64,000 nt of DNA from Xylographa opegraphella (taxonomy: Eukaryota). Shown here piece by piece: positions 51,660-64,000 of the stretch (positions are counted from its first letter, which is position 1; each line of letters opens with the position of its first letter). A program made the translations under genes and the position numbers. Where the stretch lies: contig JALDZX010000027.1 in NCBI GenBank assembly GCA_022813865.1, forward strand, positions 62,001-126,000, in the 5' to 3' direction. Under the pieces are notes generated by a model, which worked only from the letters and a program-made list of their open reading frames with translations, made no database searches and was not told the origin of the DNA.

Positions 51660-52346
51660 CTGGGTTGGGACAGCGGGCTTGCTTGAGTCACCTTTTGCAG
51701 CTATACGTTCGGCGTGTTATCGAGAGGTGACTCTTGTGGTAACGCTAATTCATTGAGGGCTTCGAGTCCGTATCGACGAAGTTGTGATGGCCCAGGCTGG
51801 AATTCTGTGAGGACGTGGTATTCGACGATGGACTTGGACTACCACGATGGTACGATAGTTGTTCCAGCGCAAGGGTGCTATGTGCCGGTGCTTGTTGTTT
51901 ACTTCAAGGTGTTGTTGCTCATCACGCTTGAAGCTCATACTACGTGCATTCACTGCTTCCAATCTGTTGTGCACTAGCATCCGCCGTCGCCCTTCCGGCA
52001 ACCGAGTTCGAAGGCTAAGTGAATAGATATCTATATCATAGGGCGTTTATAGATTCAAGCTTCTAAGAAAACTACAACTTTTTGAATTTCTGACTCATCT
52101 AAAGGTGCAATTGTTGTGTATGTGTTGATTACTTCACATATGCCCACAATGCCCCCATTCACGAGATGATTCCCTTTCCTGTTCTTTGCTTGCTTTTCCC
52201 TTTCCTATAGTCAATTACCAGATTAACATCCACAACTCTGCAATTGAGTAATATACAAATAAATCTCAGGGGTATCCGTAAGCGAGACCAGAACTCCTGA
52301 CTAATCAGACTCGAACGAGGGGAGCAATCTCCGGTGCAGCCCCAGC

Positions 52347-55203
52347 TCACAATGCTTTCACAGACCGAAAGAACGGATTCTCCAGCAACTTCTGATTCCC
52401 CATCACCAGCTCCCGCATCTTGCCCACCATCTCCTCCTGGCTCAAGTCCCGGCCCTCCGTCTCCTTCTTCCACTGCACCAACATCTCCTTCAGCATCGCA
52501 CTCCCCGCCTCGACATCCTCCTTCGAGTGCTTGGTGGCCGCAGCGTCATGCTTGGTGGAGAAGTCCTCCAGCTCATCCGCCTTCCGCTTGGCCATATTGA
52601 CGACCTTCTGCGGAAAGCGGACGAGCTCCGCGACGTGGATGCCGAAACTCTGGTCGCAGACTCCGTCGTCGACTTTGTAGAGGAGCGTGACTTCGCGCTT
52701 GTCCCGGTCGCTGGTATCGCCGATGTGGGCGACGACGTGCAGGTTGCGGACTTGCGGGTATCCGTCGGCGAGGGCGGTGAGCTCGTGGAAATGGGTGGCG
52801 AACATGGAGAAGCATGTGATCTCCTGGATGATGTGCTCCGAGATGGCCCAGGCAAGGCCGAAGCCATCGTAAGTGCTTGTGCCGCGACCGAGCTCGTCGA
52901 TGATGATGAGGGACTCCGAGGTCGCGGATTTGAGGATGTTTGCCGTTTCGAGCATCTCTGCCATGAAGGTGGACACTCCCTTGAGCTGCGAGTCGCTGGC
53001 ACCCACACGGGCGAGTATGCAGTCGAAGATGGTCATTTCTGCTTCCGAGCACGGGACGAAGCAGCCGATTTGGGCCATCAAGGCTATTACTCCAATTTGC
53101 CTGATGTACGTGGATTTTCCGCCCATGTTGGGTCCCGTGATGATGAGAAATTCGGAGCTCCCTCGGATGAGAGAGACGTCGTTCGTTATGAATTGGATGT
53201 CGTCTTGCATTTCCATACAGGGATGGCGCGCTTCTTTGAGAATTGTGTTACCTTCGCCTCGCGGATGCATTTTCGGGCGGACATACGAGATTGGCGCGTG
53301 GACGGAAACATGGGCGAAGCTGACGATGACATCAAGGTGAGCCAGTACGCCAGCCAATTGTTCGATCACGGGGCAGTAAGACGCAGCGACGCTGACGACT
53401 TCGCTGACGAGACCACTTTGCGTACGATTGTAGCTTTCGGATAATTGGTCAAACTCCCGCCTCATCTCTTGCATGGTCTTGGTGGTGAAGTAGACTCCAT
53501 TCTTCTGAGTCGAACACTCTTGGTATTCCTTCTTGTTTCGAATGCAGCCTGCTTCGGTGCGAGTCAGCCGGAAACACCAACCGTGTACGCGGTGATTTTC
53601 CAAGAAGAGCTTCTTCTCAGTGTCCTGGCCTAGAGCCTTCCCGACTTTCCTATGCTCCACTTCCATATCGTAAGTGAGCTTGTCTAGTTTCTTCCGAATG
53701 ATCCGGAGACTGTCGTCAAATTCGGGCTTGATAATAAATTCGTGACGGTCAAGAGCGTCAAGGTCCACGGTAGTTTCGACCATCTCTTGTAGCTTCGAAA
53801 GGCTGTTGCAGTAATTGATCAGCTTTGACGTATACTCGGCGTCCAAGGGATCTTTATATTGCTCGTCCATAATGCCTTCCAATGTGCCGATAAATCCGGG
53901 AATTCTGATCACAACTTGATACGCTCTAACAACATCCTCTAGGTTCGCAAGCTTTCGCTGAAATCTTTTCGCCAACCGATACAAGTCGGGTATTGAACGA
54001 AGATGTTCTTCTTGCATTGTTTGTCGAAGTTCTGTATCCGTCACGAAGGCTTCCACAAGCTGTTGGCGCCGTTCAATTTCTTCCTGGCTCATCAATGGCT
54101 GCTTAAGCCATTGCGCCAGGAGTCTACTTCCTACCGGTGTCTTGCAATGGTTCAACAGGCCGAACAAGCTCATGTTTTTTGATCCGTCTCGAGGTCCTGG
54201 CATAAGGTTAAGCGCTTTGAGTGCTGAAGCATCCAATTTCATATATTGCGATAGGTCGTGCTGATAGAGCTGATATTGTCCAAAGTTCGAAGGATCTGAT
54301 AATACACCCAGGTACTTGATCAGCGCAGCGGACGAGGCCATAGCAAGCTTTAAGTCCGCTTGCGGTAATGTACCCGCCGCACGTTCTCCGCGAAGTAGCC
54401 GATCCAGATCTTGTTCAATATCCCTGATACCGAAATCTCCCACTGGGCGCTCAGCGATAGCGACTCCACAGCTATCCGCAATAGATCTTAGTCTAGCCAG
54501 CTCTGCATCCTTCTTCTGACCATCGGCTTGAAGCAGACACTCTTTAACGCCCAACTGAATAAGGAGAGATTCGAAGTTAGAGTATAGATCATTGTCGAGA
54601 AATTCGCTGACCCCGAGCTCCCGCACACTTGCATCTGCGAAGCACACTCCAACATTTCGAGCTTCCGACGCCCTTGCTGATACTTTGACCGCAAGTATTA
54701 TAGGTGCGGAGTCGATCTGGCCACCCAGCTCATCCTCAATATCTTGCAGATTCCCTGGGGAGGCTTGCTTCGTGATTTTCCATTGCATTCGACCTGCCGC
54801 CTCCCAGATCTCGATCCTCTTTCCCAGCCTGAACAATGCTTCTCTGAGAAAGTTTCGGAATACAGTGATCGTCATCGTCACAGAGGGAAGACCCGAGTCT
54901 GGCTTTCCCAATTGGCGCAGGACAGATGTTGTTTTATAGACCTATTCGATGTATCAAAAATGCTGGCTATTTGTGCAGCTGTGACATACTAGCTTACAGT
55001 TCGTGCAATGTAGGCGGCATCGTCACCATGGGCAGTGTACCAATCGCCGCGGTCAAAGACTCTTATCGTATCATCATCCTTCACAGGAAGATTGCGAAAG
55101 AATTTGATAAAGCCGACCTCATCATCCACCTGGAAATATGTTAGTTGTACTGTCGCACGTCAGCGCCGTCGTAACACACCTTAAGTTCTGGTCTGGAAGA
55201 CAT
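52347..55203 (-). CDS. MSH2: DNA mismatch repair protein Msh2
   Basis: First exon MSSRPELK, ASPGNLQ, Walker A TGPNMGGKST, IIDELGRGTS, ATHFHEL, QSFGIHVA. Confidence 0.96.
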
Positions 55204-55498
55204 CTTGCTGGCTACGATGAAAGTATTGGCCACTTCCCGTTTGAGATCGTGTACTTTAAATTGTCGTGCACACTGAAGTCAAATACGGCAGCCAGATACC
55301 GCAGGACAAATTCAATATAGAAAATCGCGTGGACGGTAAACGCGCTAGCAGAAGCGTGTTTTCTTATCGATTAGGGGTCGAGTCCAGTAGAACGCAGAAT
55401 ACTCGGCATGGATATATAATTTCGACAATACATAAGCCGGTAAACGGTTTATCTGCCTTAGACTCTGCTCATCGAGCAAAACCATTCAAAATCTTAAC

Positions 55499-56204
55499 AT
55501 GAACACAATAAGCAAGCCAGCAGACCCAGAAACCGCAGATATCGAAATCCGATATGTCCAATATCAAAGCGACAAGGAGACGACGTACTTACCCGCAATT
55601 CGTCAGATGATATCGAAAGATCTCTCCGAACCCTACAGCATCTACGTGTACCGCTACTTTTTGTATCAATGGGGAGATCTTTGCTTCATGGTAGCCTCGA
55701 CGTCGCCATTACATATACACTCATTGACGCTGTAATTAGGCATTAGACCCGGAAGACACCTTGATAGGTGTGGTAGTATCGAAGCTGGAGCCTCACCGTG
55801 GAGGCCCAATGCGAGGCTACATCGCCATGCTTGCTGTGAAAGAGACTTATCGAGGGAAGGGTATCGCGACGAAACTTGTCAGAATGGCAATTGACGCGAT
55901 GATTGAGAGAGATGCGGACGAGGTAGCATGGTTGAGTCGTTGTCGTTTTCATCACCCACTAATCATATCTATACAGATCGCTCTTGAGACCGAGGTAACC
56001 AATACAGCAGCGATGAAATTATACGAGCGACTCGGTTTCCTCCGAAGCAAACGACTTCACCGTTACTACTTAAACGGCAATACAGCATTTAGATTTTTGC
56101 TTTATGTCAAAGAAGGAGCTGCTACTGCCGCCATAGGCTCCGACGAAGCGTACGAGAATAGCGACCAGCAGATTACTCCTCCAGTCTATGCAGGGGTATC
56201 GTGA
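55499..56204 (+). CDS. MAK3: N-alpha-acetyltransferase NatC catalytic subunit (Mak3/Naa30)
   Basis: DLSEPYSIYVYRYFL, RGYIAMLAV, YRGKGIA, LETEVTN, RYYLNG. Two introns. Confidence 0.93.
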
Positions 56205-56265
56205 ATATCCATCCAAATAAAGTGACGATCATCATGACGAGAGACGAAAAACCTAGCAGCACTCC

Positions 56266-59200
56266 TCAGGCAGCTGCCTGGATTACCCGAAAGCCTGCGC
56301 TCACAGTCTTCTGGATTTCCTCATTCTTATGCTGTAAGAGGGAGAGCGCATAAGCCACGTCATTCCACTGTCGCTCACTCTCACAACGCGCAAGCCTGGC
56401 AGCAAGCTTGTCAGCCAACTGCTTGGCATGCTTGTCCTATTCACAAGTTAGCAGCTTATTCCATACGACGTGATAAAGACCGACCTTCTCGATGAAGGAC
56501 GCCAGGAACTTGATGATTCTTTTCAACGCGTCCTCCTCCAGATCCTTTTCTGCACTCAAGAGTGAAAACATATCCACGAAGTGGTTATACACTGCGTTAT
56601 CCTTCGTCGCAAGCTCGGTGAAGAACATCTTGGAGAGATCTGCGATGCGCTTGTCCGAGTCTTCCAGGCATTTGGCCATCTCACCTAACTGACCTTTCAC
56701 CTTGACCTGTCCCGCAAGGATGAGGAAGGTTAAAGTCATCAAGCATGTCCGCTTGACCGAAGCATCATTATCATTGAGTCGTCGATATAGGAAGTCCGTA
56801 TTCTCGTCAATGAGGTGGTTGAAACATACGGCCATGTCACCCAAAGCAATAACCACATTGCTGCGGGTTATGGGATCTTCCGATTTTTCAAGTATCGTTA
56901 TGAGCAACGGCAAGTTTGTCTCACAGTATTCAGCCGAAACACACATGAGCTTTGCCATACACAGTGTCGCCGCAGCTTGAAGATCCCGATTTTTGTATGT
57001 TGTATTGTTTGAGCAGATCTCTGTTACCAAGGGTGCAAAGCTTGAAAGCAATGATTTTTCTCCATATAGCAGTTCTCGCTCCCTGATATGGGCCATTGCT
57101 TCGGTAAAGTCGTCCTCTGTGGTCCCTCCGATTAAATCAAGTTCGTCTTGATCTTCTGAACCAGCTTTGTGCTCTGAGACATTTTCTGGCTTGTTCTTTT
57201 CTCTCTCGGCTTTTCGTCTTTTGAACTCTAGTTCACAGACCTCGAGATAAACAATCTGTTTGATGGCGATATGGCCAACAAGGAACAATAATTGCGACAA
57301 AGCGAGAGAACTATTCTGGAGCTTTGCTGGCTCTTCTGGAGGCGGCGTAGGCAAACTCTCGTGGGCTTGGGTCACATCCGCGTCTTCAGATGGTGCTGAA
57401 GCTGAAGGCTGGCTAAAGACATGCGTAGTCTTACGGCGGAGAATTTCGGAACAAAGCGTATCAGGATGTTTTGACAGAGTATAGATCGCACCCACTGCTT
57501 GCTCGGCGACCCCATACCTGCGAACACATCAGTGAAGAACACTAGAACATTCTGGGGGATGTGCCTACCATTCTTTGCTATCAGAGATAATCTCTGTGAT
57601 GGCCGCTAGTTTTACAAGAATAGCATGGTCGTTAGTAAGCTTTGACGGTGTGACGGTTGTCTCCTGGGCTTTCCTTCCACTGGGATTTATACGCCGTAAC
57701 GCAATACAAGTATACTTAGCCAAACCCAAGTCGGCTCGTCCGAGAGTTCCAAGTCCAATCCTCAGCATTGTCTCCATTTCTCGCACGACAATCTCCGGAT
57801 TCGCAAGACCAAGCATGCCCAACACCATAATAGCGCCACGGCGTTGATTCCTCGAGATTTCTTTTTTCTGAACCCCATATACCTGCCATAATTTGTCAAT
57901 GACCAATTCTGATACATGGCCGTCCTTCATCATTGTGCTCAGGAGCTGTTCCAAGGAAGTCAGCTCGGCAGGCGTAGCTCCAAACGTCAGGCTAATCATG
58001 TTCCGAGCGATATAGTTGGAAGCATCATTTTCGCTGAAGGAATCCGGAGCATCGAAGAAAAGGCCCTTGTAGCAATCAATGAGATGAGTCTGGACCCCTT
58101 TTCCCTCATCGCTATTGCCTTTGGTCCATATCAGGCGAAGCATCCTTCGAATTCCCGTCCTTGCAGTCTCAACTTTGTAAGCATCAATAACCACAAAAAA
58201 ATCCATTGCTTCAATGACTTCACTCTTGTTTTTAGAGGAGAGGAGCTGGCAGACCACAGGTGTTGCCGCATGCAACACCTCTATGAACCGGATGGCCTCC
58301 GTGTAATATTTGCGGGTCAGCTGTAGTCTAGTCATTAACTCTGACGTGGCCGCATCCTCTGCTGCCTTTTGCAAGGCTGCATGTTGTTGTGCTTCTGTCA
58401 TTGGCGCAGCACCCACATCTTCTTCCAATGTGGTCGCGTCGTCCAGCAATGCCTCATCGATTGTGGCATCCGCTCGACCACGCTTCTCTGCAAGTCCTGG
58501 CGAGCCTACAGGTGGTTTGATCGAGTTGAGCTCGGCCTCTACGGCTTGTAACCGGCTATCCCAGTCCTTGTACGAAAGCTGTCCGCCATGCATGACACTA
58601 AAAGGATGGGTTGACACCAATTTTCCCAGGAGTTTGATTGCATTACGCCTGACATTGCTGCTCTTATCTTCGAGACTTCGAGCAGCAAGTCGGGCTGCAA
58701 TCTGTCGCCGCTTTGGGAATTTTTGCTCCAGATCACAAAGCTTCATGAGCACTTGGATAGTTCGGCAGCGACAGTAAGGGTTGATGTCCAGGAATCGTTC
58801 CTCGAGGATGTCGAAATACCCATTGATCTGAGTTTTGTAGTTTTCACTTCGTTCTTCTTGCTTGCTGAGGTCTGCTATGAGATTTCCACAAACTTCTATA
58901 ACAGCACACCGAAGGGTATATGCTTCGCTGTCGAGCTGCTTGGCAAACAGAGTCATTTGCTTTATTACGAGCCGCGGCGTCAGCTCCGAGAGTTTGATGA
59001 CGAAGCTTGAGACCGATTTGGGGCCTCGGGTATCATTACTGTTAAACTCCTTCGTGCTCAATTCTCTGCACCGATCTATTAATATGTACTCATCAGTTTT
59101 CGAAGCATAGGACATACCGAAGCACCTCATCAGCTAGTTGAGGATAGTCATATTGCTCAGATAATATGTGCAAAAATTCTGCCATAGGCTCCGAAAGATG

Positions 59201-60119
59201 CTCAAAATAACTGAGATTTTGTATGATCGAGGTTTGAGCACCTATCTCAATATCAGCATGGCATTGAACGTCAAGGATTCAGTCGGGCATTACCAAAAGC
59301 GTGGCCGTGGTGTTTGACAGCTATACATAGAACTTTAAAGCCATGCATTCGAATCACTGTGTTTTTCGTCCTTTGCTCGCTCTCGAAAATTAGGTAGACT
59401 GGTCTGGTGAACAGTCCAACAAAAGTGTCTCTTTCGGAAGTAGTCATGAAGATTTTTGCCAATTTGAGCTTCAATACCTTACACATTGTATCAAGTGCGC
59501 CCTGGAGCTGGCTTGTCGAATCCCAGATCCCATCTTTGGAAACTGCTTTCGACTTCACTCCCTTTCCTGCACCCCGTGACCGGGCTGGTGCTCCACTGGC
59601 GGGCTTCTCGGCTGCTTTGGTTTCCACGGCAGAGATGCTCCACTGAAGAAGAAATCCGTACATTTCCAGTAGTTGTTTGTGATGCTGTACGGCATCCTGT
59701 TCGTCGGTTTCGAGATCATTGTGTATAATGTCGGCTCCGGTAGACAGGCCAGACACAATCACGTCGAGTATCTTGCTTAAGCTATGTGCAGGCAGCAACG
59801 ATGTAGATCTAGATAGTTTAAATAGTTCAGAATCAGGCTCACATGGGTAATTCTGCTGAGAAGAAGGAGAAGTAGGGGCACACTTTAGTAAGAATTGCAG
59901 TGAGTCAAAGATGGAGCTCTTTGCTAGAGCGTCTGGATTCTCTGCTATTGCTTCCACAATCGGATTAAGAATGCCATTTATGAGGCTGCTCGTGAGCGAC
60001 TCCGGATCATTCTCGCAGTCGACCAAGGCTCCTTCGGCTTCTGGAGTTGGTACCGTCGCTGGATCGCTGAGATAGTACTTCAGCGCATCGTTGACGTCGA
60101 AGTTGATTCGAGCCTCCAT
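56266..60119 (-). CDS. YCS4: Condensin complex subunit 1 (Ycs4/Cnd1/CAP-D2)
   Basis: HEAT-repeat protein, LEDKSSNVRRNAI, TFLILAGQVKVKGQL, ELATKDNAVYN. Multi-exon. Stop TGA 56266-56268. Confidence 0.93.
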
Positions 60120-60414
60120 CACGTTCGAGTTGCAGTTGAGTAAGTTAAACAGAGACCAGACGCATGTGGGCAAAGAGGCTGCCTCGTGTTGTGATGAGAA
60201 TTGGCCGTATGTTGAATATAATCAATCGTCGTTGTTGTCTGTCGGCTTCTTTGTTTACAGTGGGAAACTCTTGCAGGGATCAGCGCGGGGCATCGCGTCT
60301 TCCCGCACGCCTGCTCAGAACTCTCTTAAAAGCGAATTCAAGGATCCTGACTGCGATGACCCAGACCTTGCATGACGAGCGCGTCTAGCTAATGTCCCGG
60401 GTCGGATTTCATAG

Positions 60415-62020
60415 ATGGCAAAAACCAAACCATCTGCGGCAGAACCGAGTCCCTTCAATATCCTCGAGGACCGCCCGACACTCGACGAATATCAAGCGCG
60501 AATCGAACAAAAAAGACGTTACCAGGGTGAGCGGGAAGAGCTTGGAGGTGATGCCAGTGATACCTCCAACGACTCAGCGGTTCCGGTCAAGAAACCAAGA
60601 CCAGTTGACCCAACTGTTAAGGAGGATATGATCAAGTTCGAGGAATCGTTCAAGGGGATCAACAAACGTTACCGACTGATTGACAGAATCGGAGAAGGTA
60701 CATCATGGGAAACCGCTGTCCCATCCGCGCCTGACGCTAATTCTCTTAGGGACTTTCTCCACGGTTTACAAAGCTGAAGATCTACTATATGATCGCTACT
60801 ACAACGATTGGGACGTCGATTCTCCAGATGCTGCATTCTGGGTGTCTCCAAATTCCGCAAATGGAAATACTCCCCAGCACAAAAGGCCAAGGTATGTGGC
60901 TATCAAAAAGATATACGTCACGAGTAGCCCCATAAGAATACAAAATGAGCTGGAACTATTGAACGACCTTAAGTGGTGTAAGGCTATATGTCCTTTGATC
61001 ACAGCGTTTCGATGCCAAGACCAAGTCATTGCTGTCCTCCCTTATTACAGACATCAAGATTTCCGAGTAAGAGAGTCAACTAGCTTCAGGGAGCAGTAAC
61101 TGACCAAAAACAGGAATTTTTCCGAGAGATGATGCCATCAGAGATGCAGACATATTTCCGTTCTCTCTTCAAAGCGCTGAAAGCCGTGCACCAACAAGGC
61201 ATTGTGCACCGAGATATAAAGCCGACGTATGCTTTCGTGTGGTATCGTTCCCACCGAGGCCAATGCTAACTTGAGAAGGAATTTTCTATATGATATTTAT
61301 CGGGGACGTGGAGTTTTGGTAGATTTTGGTCTAGCAGAAGTAATCATTGAGAGCCCGCAAGTGCGGCTGAGCGAGTCAGCTAACCTTGAACAGAGAGAAG
61401 GGACCGACTGTTCCTACTGCATATGTTCCGACTCGCCTGCCCGTCGACGAATGAAGATAGAGAACAGCCATGCCGCAAACAACCCGCTCCCAACCGGTTA
61501 TCCCAAGAACGACACGCGGCCCTCGCGAAGAGCCAACAGAGCAGGAACCCGCGGCTTCCGTGCCCCAGAAGTTCTTTTCAAATGCACCAGCCAAACCACA
61601 AAAATCGACATCTGGTCCGCAGGCGTCATCCTCCTGACCATCCTCTCACAACGCTTCCCATTTTTCAATTCCACCGACGACGTCGAAGCCATGATCGAGA
61701 TCGCGAGCGTATTCGGTCAGCGGAGGATGAAGGCATGTGCCTTGCTGCACGGTAACGTGTTCGAGTGCACCATCCCCACGGTTGGGGAGAAGGGGTACCC
61801 CTTGGAGAAACTGATCGTCTGGGCCACGTGTCGAGTGAACGAAGCAGGCGCTGATACTCAACTGGACGCCGGCGAGAAGGCGGCCATCAAGTTCCTGGAC
61901 CGGTGTCTCGAGTTGGATCCGAAGAAGCGGATCAGTGCTGAAGAAGCTTTGCAGCATGATTTTCTCGTCGAGCATGATCCCTCCGAGGATGGGGAGGATG
62001 AGATGGACATGGTCGGTTAG
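60415..62020 (+). CDS. CDC7: Cdc7/Hsk1 (DDK) serine/threonine kinase
   Basis: IGE|GTFSTVYKA, VAIKKIYVTSSP, HRDIKP, VLVDFGLAE, RANRAGTRGFRAPEV. Four introns. Confidence 0.95.
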
Positions 62021-62300
62021 CAGTGGAGGACTTTTGTGACGACCAGACGCGTTTGCGTGCATATTTGAGCTTTCTCACAATGTGTGATTAGCAGTTCACC
62101 CTTTGGCGTTCAGACTTCCTAAACATGTCGATACCCCTGTGTAATATATATGCATCAGCATGAGAAGAGCAATTGGCGCAATCACGAGTGACAAATGATT
62201 TCATTCATGCAATAGAAGCTAGTCAACAGGCGACCAAGTTGTCCACTTGAAAACAGCCCAAGCAAGGAAATGCTATTCCCACTCCCCAACCAGATAGCAC

Positions 62301-63001
62301 CTATGCGACCAGCTCCACTATCCCTCCCGCTTCCTTGATCTTCCGCTCCGCCTCCTTGCTAAAATACCGCGCCCTCACCACCATTGGTATCTCCGGTAAC
62401 CTGCCCTTGCCCAACACCTTCGAGTATCCGAGCGGTAGTAAATCGAGCACAGGTGCCATGTCGCCTTCCTTGTTCTTCAGGTACTCGTCACGCTTCTCGA
62501 CAGGGACGAGGGACCAGAGCTATTCGTTGCAACAAGAAACAGTCAGCCTCCATTATATTTATCTTCACTCCGGAAGCCCCCAGTCCACTTCGACAAACTT
62601 CCATCCCAAACAACACATCATATCCAACAATTACGAGCCCTTTCTGGAACAACAAATTCGCAACCGCTTGGAGAGAGTCGCACCTTATCAAGATTGATCA
62701 CCGGCTTCCAGAACTGGTTCTGCAGCTTGTGGAAATACCGCATGCCGACCTTTCCGAAGTACCCGGGATGGTACTTGTCGATGTTCGTCCGGTGGTGATG
62801 TTGTCCACCAGCCATACCGCGACCACCGGGATGCTTGCGGTGCTTGCCCACTCGGCCGTGACCGGCGGAGACATGACCGCGGCTGCAGTGGAAATCAGAG
62901 ATTAGCGTCTGCTTGGGCATGTAGCAACGGTGTCGAGGAGTATATCGGTGGTACACGGGGGCTCCTTACTGCTTGCGCGTTTTACTCAATCGGCTAGGCA
63001 T
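62301..63001 (-). CDS. RPL28: 60S ribosomal protein uL15 (L28/L27a)
   Basis: [33 protein letters not shown]...INLDK|LWSLVP...GGIVELVA*. Confidence 0.96.
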
Positions 63002-63315
63002 GTTGGCGATTGAGGTGGAGGGTTGGAATAGATTTCGATATCGTTGTGGTGATATTTGACTGTGGGAATTTGGAAGTTCGGGACGTGGCGCTAGTGGAGC
63101 TTAGTGGCTCGCTTATTACAGACAGCCCTATCAAGGATTCCCAGCAACAGGATTCACTCTCATCACTACTGTTACTGCTCAATGTCATAGTTATGGCTAC
63201 TGCTCCCATACTAGAGCCAGATTCGTACTCGATTATTACAGTGTCAGACTCAAAAGATTTCTGTTAATCTGGTGATGTAATCACGTATGTCAATAAATGA
63301 AACCCAACGTCAGGT

Positions 63316-64000
63316 TCAGTAGTAGCGTCTACGTACGATTACCACTTCGGAACCCTCAGAGCTGGAAGACACATCTGTTGATCTAGTAGATCGTGTAGTG
63401 GGATCGGAATAATCTGAACGGTATATCATCGGTGAGCTTGGAGCCGAGACTGGATCCGAAAGTTCCGAACGCCGTTGTACGTAGGAATAAGCACTGCTGC
63501 TCGCAGAAGTAGAAACGGACTCTAATGGTTCATCGACTTTCAATCGCTTGAACGGGCGTGTCTGAGTTTCGATCTTGCAAAAGCTGATTGCCAGATTTGA
63601 CGGGGGTTGATCTGGCTTTGCACTCGTGACAATGATTTTGAAACTCTTATGATTCCTTTCGACGAGCTCAGAGAGTTTCGACAACAACGATTCGCCTTCG
63701 TCTGAAAGAAACTCCAATTGACATAGGTCGAAGCGATCGATGATGATGTACAGCGGCTCGACGATGGTCACAATACGTTCGAAAATCCTCCATACTTGTT
63801 CGAAAGACTCAGCACGTTGAAACAGTCTCGTATCAAACAGTTCCGGGTTCTCCATGACGAGAGTCGGCTGCTTTTCTATGATCCGGCAGATGAGTCGTTT
63901 CACTAGCTGCGTATCCGTATAGCTTTCTCCACGAGGACGGTCACACAGTGCAAAGGATAGAAGAGCGTCTTGAGCCTGAGACGCGCGGATCACATCAAGC
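63316..64000 (-). CDS. 3' part of a NACHT-associated/NPHP3_N-like domain protein; 5' end outside the window
   Basis: Motif order LSFALCD...LVKRLICRI...VWRIFERIV...LYIIIDRFD...FKIIVTS resembles the fungal NACHT/NPHP3_N core (Walker-B-like IIIDxxD). Confidence 0.55.
   Translation of the reverse strand, partial: LDVIRASQAQDALLSFALCDRPRGESYTDTQLVKRLICRIIEKQPTLVMENPELFDTRLFQRAESFEQVWRIFERIVTIVEPLYIIIDRFDLCQLEFLSDEGESLLSKLSELVERNHKSFKIIVTSAKPDQPPSNLAISFCKIETQTRPFKRLKVDEPLESVSTSASSSAYSYVQRRSELSDPVSAPSSPMIYRSDYSDPTTRSTRSTDVSSSSEGSEVVIVRRRYY

Noticed and set aside
51692..51922. Stop-interrupted N-terminal extension of the AT-hook ORF (4 TAA/TAG codons)
   Set aside because: Four stops in ~77 codons is about what random sequence gives, so there is no evidence for RIP or editing.
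52527..53444. Long antisense and alternate-frame ORFs over MSH2 (similar ones over GGT, IFRD and FEN1)
   Set aside because: Expected shadows of high-GC3 coding sequence.
62521..62683. Intronic C/D snoRNA in RPL28 intron 2
   Set aside because: Only an imperfect C box (ATGATGT); the CTGA is the branch-point motif; no terminal stem seen.

Overview
Gene-dense eukaryotic DNA from a filamentous ascomycete (Pezizomycotina). This is inferred from short GT-AG introns with CTRAC branch points and from the gene content (NoxB, GH13_5 amylase, IEC3, CE16-like esterase). About 25 mostly intron-containing protein genes can be read: serine carboxypeptidase (partial), a small hydrophilic protein, alpha-amylase, phospholipase D, alpha/beta hydrolase, NADPH oxidase NoxB, UBC4, glutaryl-CoA dehydrogenase, FEN1, IFRD protein, OSH3, GDSL esterase, IEC3, GGT, RRP6, GPI1, MSH2, MAK3, YCS4, CDC7, RPL28 and a partial NACHT-associated protein. 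There is also an initiator tRNA-Met. The most unusual signals are: (1) a ~310-nt, highly structured, pseudoknot-capable minus-strand element at 18.6-18.9 kb with a U6-like Pol III promoter layout (TATA, A-box, oligo-T terminator, downstream B-box) that matches no ncRNA family I recognise; (2) a 3-exon, 92-aa membrane microprotein gene ending 20 nt before the GPI1 start codon (possible bicistronic unit); (3) a SprT-like protease gene split by a single in-frame TGA; (4) an island of orphan or degenerate sequence at 5.7-10.8 kb; (5) local GC-rich tracts at gene ends. Exon boundaries were read by eye and no database searches were run.
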